This document shows, one piece after another, positions 45,053 through 51,134 of a stretch of 51,134 bases of DNA (its first letter is position 1; every line of letters starts with the position of its first letter). The position numbers and the translations under genes are program-made. The stretch lies in the IMG/VR virus record IMGVR_UViG_3300037247_000500, positions 1-51,134 of that record; one strand, given 5' to 3'. Under the pieces are notes generated by a model that ran no database searches, had not been told where the DNA came from, and was given only the letters and a program-made list of their open reading frames with translations. This stretch comes from a virus. Lineage: Duplodnaviria; Caudoviricetes.

Positions 45053-45889
45053 TTAATACTCCTGAGCTACACGAACCCAGTCGACCAGTAAATGATCACC
45101 ATCTGCTCCAGCAGCACCGCTTGTTAAAGCAATCATAACATCCATATTAGTATTACTCGGAAAATTAGCCGAAGTAATATCTATTGCATAGGCGTCACCA
45201 AGGTCAACACCGTCTTTATAGACACGGAGTTTATCAGTATCTACATCAAGACGGAAACCAACGCGAACATAAGCAGCAGCAGTAAGAGTAATCTGACCTG
45301 TATCAGATTGTGCTACTCCTGCTGAAGCTTCATTATGAATAATGGTAAGGTCATTACCATCAGCTTCGGCTACAAAGAAACCAACATAATCAACATCAAC
45401 TGGTGCGGTGGGTGCGGTAGCCATAGGTGTAGCAGAACCTAATTTACCGGGTTCCATTAATCCAATGAAGAAAGCCAAATCAGTATCAGTAATTGTACTA
45501 ACCTGAAATCTAACTTCAAACCAGAGCCTTTTTCTCTCACCCTTTAACGGACTTCTGATAATACCAGTTAAATTATCACCAGTAGTAATACCACTAGTAT
45601 CATCATCAGTACCATCCTGGTCGATCCTCAAAGCACCAACATCATCGGCAGTAAGAAGAAAGTCCGTTATATCACCATCACTGTAGGTATACCAGTTCAT
45701 ATCACCGGCAATAGCTAACAGTAAAGATGTTGCCACTTTTTCCTTTGAAGAATTTTTAAAATCATCAAAAAGATGAATACCGCTTGCCGGTTCAGCTAAA
45801 AAGGTTAGCACCGGGCAATCAGCCCAAATCTTCGGACTTGGCATACGAGCCACAACGTCTTCTGCTCTTGCATATCTTACAACACTCAT
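45053..45889 (-). CDS. Virion decoration protein, paralog A (ConA-like domain only)
   Basis: PSPKIWADCP...LFDDF...WFEVR...DWVRVAQEY. Directly after the major capsid gene and before the terminator. Confidence 0.75.
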   Translation of the reverse strand: MSVVRYARAEDVVARMPSPKIWADCPVLTFLAEPASGIHLFDDFKNSSKEKVATSLLLAIAGDMNWYTYSDGDITDFLLTADDVGALRIDQDGTDDDTSGITTGDNLTGIIRSPLKGERKRLWFEVRFQVSTITDTDLAFFIGLMEPGKLGSATPMATAPTAPVDVDYVGFFVAEADGNDLTIIHNEASAGVAQSDTGQITLTAAAYVRVGFRLDVDTDKLRVYKDGVDLGDAYAIDITSANFPSNTNMDVMIALTSGAAGADGDHLLVDWVRVAQEY

Positions 45890-45951
45890 TTTATTCTCCT
45901 AAAATTTCTTCAACGTTATATATACGATCAATGCTGTTGTGTTATCAACGA

Positions 45952-47055
45952 TTAACTTGTAAGGGCTTTATGCAAAACGAAGCCCGCTTCACGAACATTA
46001 AGACATAAATTCTGATGCTGTCCATCAAGGTAAACTGTGAACGTAGTATGCTGCGTTCTATCTGTCATAGGTTCAGATTCTATCATCCAATATCCATCAT
46101 GTACATATGGAATGAACTTCTCAAAATTAATACAATAAATCGAATCTGGACTATCACCAGTTTCAGGATCAGTTTGTGTATTCAAATCCGGGATTGGAAC
46201 CACAGGCAGACGATTGACATACACCAAACCTGTGTCGTCCATCTTAATGTTACCCAAAACTTCCTTGCCAGTATGCTTATCATCCTTGGCATCCGCTAGA
46301 TCCTGAAGATCCACTACATTATCAAACGTGGTATAAATACGTTTTGCAGCGGCCCTGCTCTGTGAAGGATCATTTACAATCATCGGAGCTTTAAAATTAG
46401 TATACAGAAACGCCAATCTAAAAGTACGAAGCATAGCGTTATTAACTTCTGTATACAAAGCCGCATAATTTCGCCAAAGCGACTGAGCAGCAGAATCAAT
46501 ACCAGCACAGGTTGTGTTGGTATTACCATCCTGATAACGAATCGTTTGACCAACAAAACCATCAGTCGTACTATCCGCGTTCATCCAGCGAATATAATAC
46601 GGTACACCATTCGGGTACAGATCGTCAGTTGTAGTCGCAGGTGTTTTCCACGCACGATCTTCAATCAACTTTGCTAAGGACCACAGACCATCAACCCTGC
46701 GAACTTTCATTAGGCTAATAAAACCTTTAGCCGAATTCTTATTACGCAGAATCTCTACTTTGTCCCAAGAGTAATTTGTACTAAGCTGACACCAAGGGAC
46801 ACGAATTCGATACATCACATCGCCAACCGCAGGTTCATCAGTCTCATACATCCTGCGATACTTGGCATTACCAGTTGGATTCAGCATAACCTGACGCTGA
46901 ATCTGTTCACCGCCGTCAATGACCATACGCTCTGTTTGATATATACGACAGAATTCATAATCCTGTCTGTCCCAAGTAACCTCAAAATACTGCTTGGGTA
47001 GATCATCAAGTGTTAACATGATCAAGTCGGCTAATTGAGCATTTTTAACAGCCAT
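45952..47055 (-). CDS. Major capsid protein
   Basis: 367 aa, in portal-scaffold-capsid order, IDGGEQI motif, HK97-like size. Confidence 0.85.
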   Translation of the reverse strand: MAVKNAQLADLIMLTLDDLPKQYFEVTWDRQDYEFCRIYQTERMVIDGGEQIQRQVMLNPTGNAKYRRMYETDEPAVGDVMYRIRVPWCQLSTNYSWDKVEILRNKNSAKGFISLMKVRRVDGLWSLAKLIEDRAWKTPATTTDDLYPNGVPYYIRWMNADSTTDGFVGQTIRYQDGNTNTTCAGIDSAAQSLWRNYAALYTEVNNAMLRTFRLAFLYTNFKAPMIVNDPSQSRAAAKRIYTTFDNVVDLQDLADAKDDKHTGKEVLGNIKMDDTGLVYVNRLPVVPIPDLNTQTDPETGDSPDSIYCINFEKFIPYVHDGYWMIESEPMTDRTQHTTFTVYLDGQHQNLCLNVREAGFVLHKALTS

Positions 47056-47066
47056 CTTTTACCATC

Positions 47067-48158
47067 CTATTCTACGTGACCCCCGAAAACTTTTTTAAGA
47101 CGCTTGGCAGCATTGCCAAGTGCCGTTTTTTCAGATTTCTGTACGGAGGTCGTATCATCCTGGGTTTTCCTCCCCGTTGATTTTACAGTAATTCCTTTAC
47201 TGCGTTTTTTAGCTTTATCCTTCAACTCATTTCGGATTACAGTCTCTCGAACACTATCACTAGCTGCTAAATGTGCCCGGCGTAGTGCCTCACTACGATC
47301 CATCTCCCTTCCTGCTAACTTTGCACCAGCACTAATTTGATCGGCCATCACGATAACCTGATGTCGGTTTCGCATCTGCTCGCCTGTTAGCACCTGATCC
47401 CAATACTTATCCTTTTCTGACTTTCCATAGAACTCACCAAACGCTTCAAGACCTTTATCATCGAAGAAACCATTAATATCATTCCATATCCTGGTATCTT
47501 CATCTGACAATCCTGTTTGTGCAATCTGCGTTTGCGACTTTTTAAGCTCAGTAAATTGCTCGTGCAATGTTCTGTTTTGCTCATTTGCCGCTTTAAGCAA
47601 GGCTACAACAGCAGGTTCATCCTTAAACTGTTCTGCAACTGCATCTATATCCATGCCTTTGAATTTGTTTGCTTCGGCATCCTTCTTTGCTTGTTCGGCA
47701 GCTTCAGCTTCTTGTAACTGTTTCTGATTCGCTCGACCAAGCTCAACAAATTCGTTAGTTGCAACATTTGTAGAATCATAGATCTTCTTGAAGGTTTTTA
47801 GAGCCAATTCTGGATTAGTCTTAAAGAATCCCTGGATTTCTTCAGATGTCCAATCAGAATGAACAGCGGCTCGATAATAGTTTTCTGGTAATGTTACTTC
47901 ATCTTCTTTCCCTTTCTTATCATCATCCTCGTCTTTATCTAGATTTTCATCTAGATCTTCATCCTCAGTATCCTTAATATCCTCTATACCTAATGCTACT
48001 TCATCATCTGTTACATCCCTTTCCTTTTCCTCCTTCTGAGGAATATCAAGTAAATCTTCTTCAGTTGTATCAGGAACCTTGTCAAGATGTCCCTGAATCT
48101 TAGCCAACAATTCGGGGCTTGCTTCCTCGTCTACTTCTCGTTTATTTACATCTGGCAT
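47067..48158 (-). CDS. Capsid scaffolding protein
   Basis: Acidic N-terminus, coiled coil, basic C-terminus; upstream of the major capsid gene. Confidence 0.8.
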   Translation of the reverse strand: MPDVNKREVDEEASPELLAKIQGHLDKVPDTTEEDLLDIPQKEEKERDVTDDEVALGIEDIKDTEDEDLDENLDKDEDDDKKGKEDEVTLPENYYRAAVHSDWTSEEIQGFFKTNPELALKTFKKIYDSTNVATNEFVELGRANQKQLQEAEAAEQAKKDAEANKFKGMDIDAVAEQFKDEPAVVALLKAANEQNRTLHEQFTELKKSQTQIAQTGLSDEDTRIWNDINGFFDDKGLEAFGEFYGKSEKDKYWDQVLTGEQMRNRHQVIVMADQISAGAKLAGREMDRSEALRRAHLAASDSVRETVIRNELKDKAKKRSKGITVKSTGRKTQDDTTSVQKSEKTALGNAAKRLKKVFGGHVE

Positions 48159-48212
48159 ATTGTTTTATCCTCTCTATCTCGTAGCCCACTACAAGTGGGG
48201 GTAAGTTGATTT

Positions 48213-48566
48213 TCAGATAATTTTACCTTTTCTTTTTCGTTTACCCGGATGTTTTATAAATCCAGTCTGTTTCAAATAAGCCTCGTGTTTCTGAAAATTA
48301 TCAAGCACCGGCCTGCATTGTTCATCCAGCTTTATATCTGGGAACAATTTCTGATGTTCCGCAACCTGTGTCGGACTTATCGCAAGTGAATCTGAATGAA
48401 CAGGCCGCTTGTAATCTCCACTCGCAAAGAAATCCTCGGCCTGAAAATTACGCCGCATATTTCTGTTACCACAAACACAACTCCAAGGGTCATTAGATTC
48501 AACCATTGGCCTAATTACTTCTATTTTAATACCACATTTTGAACAAACAAAACAGTATCTAGGCAT
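48213..48566 (-). CDS. FmdB-like Zn-ribbon protein
   Basis: MPRYCFVCSKCG...CVCG..MRR. Confidence 0.82.
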   Translation of the reverse strand: MPRYCFVCSKCGIKIEVIRPMVESNDPWSCVCGNRNMRRNFQAEDFFASGDYKRPVHSDSLAISPTQVAEHQKLFPDIKLDEQCRPVLDNFQKHEAYLKQTGFIKHPGKRKRKGKII

Positions 48567-50371
48567 CAATATCCTCCAACAGTACGAGCACTCTGTGAAA
48601 TTCCAGCACTTTCCTGGGCCTTACCTCTACTCTCTTGCTTCGGTGTCTGCACATTCCGTGACATTGGGAACCCACCTTGAGTCGAAACTGCTCGTGGATT
48701 CATCGCGTTTGCTTTCCCCTGATCCTGTGGTCCCATTTCCAACATTTTCTCTAGTCTCTGTTGAAATTCGGGATCATTAAACATCTCAACTGTAATATCA
48801 CTAATATCTAATTCTTCAGCGATCATTGTCGCGGCTCTTTTTATATTAAACTCAATACCCATTTGTGTAAGAACCTGGGCCGTCATAGCAAGAGATGGAA
48901 GAACATTCTGAGCATATTCGATAATCCGTTTCGATCTTATCTGTGGATCTAATGTTGTCATTGAACGTTGCCGTATTTTAAAACCCGCATACTGCATAAA
49001 ATCAGGCTCTTGCTGTTCAGGCGTAAGCCACAACTGAACCTGTTCACCACCTATAGACCGCTTCGTATGCGGCACACTAATAAATGGATCGGTATGCAAA
49101 TACCAAGCCTGTTTTTTACTCACTTCACTTGTTTCATCATAAATGATACTACGCATATCATTCAGCGTAATACTCGAATTCGCTTGCATGATCTCTGACT
49201 GTGTAGCAGTTTTAGCCTGTTGTCGAATACCCGCCATCTGATCAGGATTACCAGCGATATAGTTATACCATGTCTGTAGTTGCATGGTCATTTCAACATT
49301 ATCCTGATTCTGACCACCAAGTGAAATTGTATTTATTCCAGCAGGATTAGTACAAGCAACAGTATGCAGATTTGGTGCATCTATTATATCCTGTACCGCG
49401 TCTGCATTTACCGGATCATAAAGTATTACATCTTTTTGTGCATCAACCTGTTCCATTAATTTCTTGAACACTCGGTTCGACATATCATGGAGATCATACC
49501 AAATCGAAACAGGAGCAACTGGCAACGGATTATTCGGTACGGGCGGTGTCAATGCTAAGAAATTATATGGCCCATCTTTCGGGCCATAAAATTCTTTCAC
49601 ACCAATGAAATCCTCAAAAGTAGAAATATGAGGATCGGGCATATAAATTATTGCATTTGCCGCTGGCATCCATACCTTAACGACTTCCACAAAATCCTCA
49701 ATGTCCTGCATTTCATAGTTATTAATATTGCGTTTACTAAGTTCCTCTATTCTTTTAGTTACATCTGCTGGTTTTTCTATCAAAGCTTTCGGCAACCGTT
49801 CAATTAATTCAGAATCCAAACCTTCAATCTCATGCAGTTTTGCTCGCGGCACTCGCACGATATGCCCAAGGAACAACACCTCGTCAAGTGCAGTACAATT
49901 CGGGTCCATTGTGAAATCATCAAGATCAATATTCTGAGTAAAAACCTGTCCGGGATCTATATCAACATCACCGAAGCTGATCAAGTTATCAGAAGAAGCC
50001 AGACCAGTCTCTAATATGCCTATCGCAAAAATTGCGTTTACAATCCACGCACGAAGTTCTTTTTTTAATTTAATCTGTTTTTGAAGATTATCAAGAGCAT
50101 ATCCTAATAACTCCGCGTAATCCTTGTGAACCAGAACCTCAGTAGTTATATCATTCACAGGTGACTTCATAACAAGATTAGGAACATAGGCTCTTATGGT
50201 ACTAAAAAGCAAATTTACCGGAGTATCTCCAGTAAGTCCCTTCGTTTCTCTGAAATATTGACCACAATATTCCTTGATAAAAAGGCCACGCATATTCCTA
50301 TAAGTCTTAATGCGATCAAAGCCTTTTTTCACAGCTTCCTGCAATTTTCTAGGATCTGCATTAATTATCAT
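48566..50371 (-). CDS. Portal protein (P22-like)
   Basis: About 600 aa downstream of terL; PVNLLFSTIRAYVPNL, DFTMDP, KTATQSEI. Confidence 0.88.
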   Translation of the reverse strand: MIINADPRKLQEAVKKGFDRIKTYRNMRGLFIKEYCGQYFRETKGLTGDTPVNLLFSTIRAYVPNLVMKSPVNDITTEVLVHKDYAELLGYALDNLQKQIKLKKELRAWIVNAIFAIGILETGLASSDNLISFGDVDIDPGQVFTQNIDLDDFTMDPNCTALDEVLFLGHIVRVPRAKLHEIEGLDSELIERLPKALIEKPADVTKRIEELSKRNINNYEMQDIEDFVEVVKVWMPAANAIIYMPDPHISTFEDFIGVKEFYGPKDGPYNFLALTPPVPNNPLPVAPVSIWYDLHDMSNRVFKKLMEQVDAQKDVILYDPVNADAVQDIIDAPNLHTVACTNPAGINTISLGGQNQDNVEMTMQLQTWYNYIAGNPDQMAGIRQQAKTATQSEIMQANSSITLNDMRSIIYDETSEVSKKQAWYLHTDPFISVPHTKRSIGGEQVQLWLTPEQQEPDFMQYAGFKIRQRSMTTLDPQIRSKRIIEYAQNVLPSLAMTAQVLTQMGIEFNIKRAATMIAEELDISDITVEMFNDPEFQQRLEKMLEMGPQDQGKANAMNPRAVSTQGGFPMSRNVQTPKQESRGKAQESAGISQSARTVGGY

Positions 50372-50531
50372 CTTCTTTATCCCTACCGTCAATAACTTGA
50401 TCTAACATAAAATAATCATTTGGACAATAAGCCTCTGGGATTTCAAAAAATCCATGTTCATTTGTTCTTATTTCATATACAACTTCAAAATCACACCCCA
50501 AGCATCTTGATCTAACTCGTACTGAAATCAA
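50361..50531 (-). CDS. 56-aa Zn-ribbon-like protein between terL and portal
   Basis: GGAGG SD and TTG start; MISVRVRSRCLGCDFEV...YCPND...; overlaps both neighbours. Confidence 0.55.
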   Translation of the reverse strand: MISVRVRSRCLGCDFEVVYEIRTNEHGFFEIPEAYCPNDYFMLDQVIDGRDKEDDN

Positions 50532-50931
50532 ATTTCTTCCTCCATCCAGTAGACTTTTTATTCTTTCTCATAAACCCTTGCTTTCTATATGCAAAACTAC
50601 CTGCCGGAGCAACTGGGCCGCTATGCTTTGTCTTAGGCACTTGATCATCCTCAAGTGTCAAAGCATCGGCCATTACCACATCACCATGTAACAACCTGGC
50701 AGATTTACTTTCAAATACTAATTCAGCTGGCCCACATCCACCACCAGGATAATGAATATATAATTTCATTTGTTCCAATCCTTTTTTGTCGTGGTTGATG
50801 TACCCTCCATGTGCTAACTTCTTATTATAAAGACCAAGCAATTCACTTTTTGTTTCAGTCGAATTATGCCAGCCGTATTTCTTTTCACCTTTTTTCGATA
50901 TGCCGGGGCCAGTAGTTCCAGTTTTTAATAC
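50512..50931 (-). CDS. terL: Terminase large subunit, C-terminal part (joins 1497->1)
   Basis: KKYGW...K..LL...HGDVVMADAL nuclease tail, in frame with 1..1497. Confidence 0.92.
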   Translation of the reverse strand, partial: VLKTGTTGPGISKKGEKKYGWHNSTETKSELLGLYNKKLAHGGYINHDKKGLEQMKLYIHYPGGGCGPAELVFESKSARLLHGDVVMADALTLEDDQVPKTKHSGPVAPAGSFAYRKQGFMRKNKKSTGWRKKFDFSTS

Positions 50932-51134
50932 AGTATAATAATACGGATAATGATAGTTCTTTACCAGGATTCTGCCTAAATCCCAACCTGGACCATTTTT
51001 TTCCCACTTTAAAAATGGGAGCTTTCTCGGATTACTCCCGCCACACCACAGGGCTAAAGCAACAACCACTCTGGCGAATTCGTAAGGGGGTGTGTTTGCA
51101 CAAGACCAGCAAGCAATTTTTTCTCCAGTTTCTT
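50932..51134. repeat. Terminal direct repeat, right copy
   Basis: 203 bp, matches 1-203. Confidence 0.97.

Noticed and set aside
45890-45954. Capsid-decoration fusion by read-through or frameshift
   Set aside because: A TAG lies in frame just upstream of the paralog A start, blocking any fusion, and the gene has its own AGGAG SD.

Overview
The window is one apparently complete, circularly permuted tailed-phage genome of about 50.9 kb. Bases 1-203 recur at 50932-51134 with a single synonymous mismatch, and the terminase large-subunit gene reads through this junction. There are two divergent transcription arms. The + arm (about 5.9-26.9 kb) carries many tiny early genes, a nucleotide-hydrolase cluster, a family A DNA polymerase with Leu at position 762, VRR-NUC, a RecB/Cas4-like exonuclease with a Sak4-like ATPase and SSB, and a TOPRIM primase-SF3 helicase. 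The - arm (4.8 kb down to 1, then 50.9 down to 26.9 kb) carries SPFH, a membrane-anchored serine protease, the terminases, portal, scaffold, major capsid protein, podovirus-type adaptor and nozzle, a tail fibre, ejection proteins and an XhlA-like holin. A 1.1 kb control region separates the arms and holds back-to-back consensus sigma70 promoters, paired 18-bp palindromes and 12 TACCTAG iterons. I found no integrase, repressor, RNA polymerase, endolysin, full tRNA, CRISPR array or reverse transcriptase. The most striking features are: (1) four paralogous virion-surface proteins plus the adaptor, built from three shuffled modules and separated by a conserved RNA hairpin; (2) small genes bracketed by direct repeats of the RBS/stop/start region; (3) a 44-nt tRNA-like minihelix; (4) an AP2-HTH fusion separated from its HNH partner; (5) a protease + SPFH + micropeptide set in a genome with no recognisable endolysin. 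All family calls come from reading motifs by eye, not from database searches.
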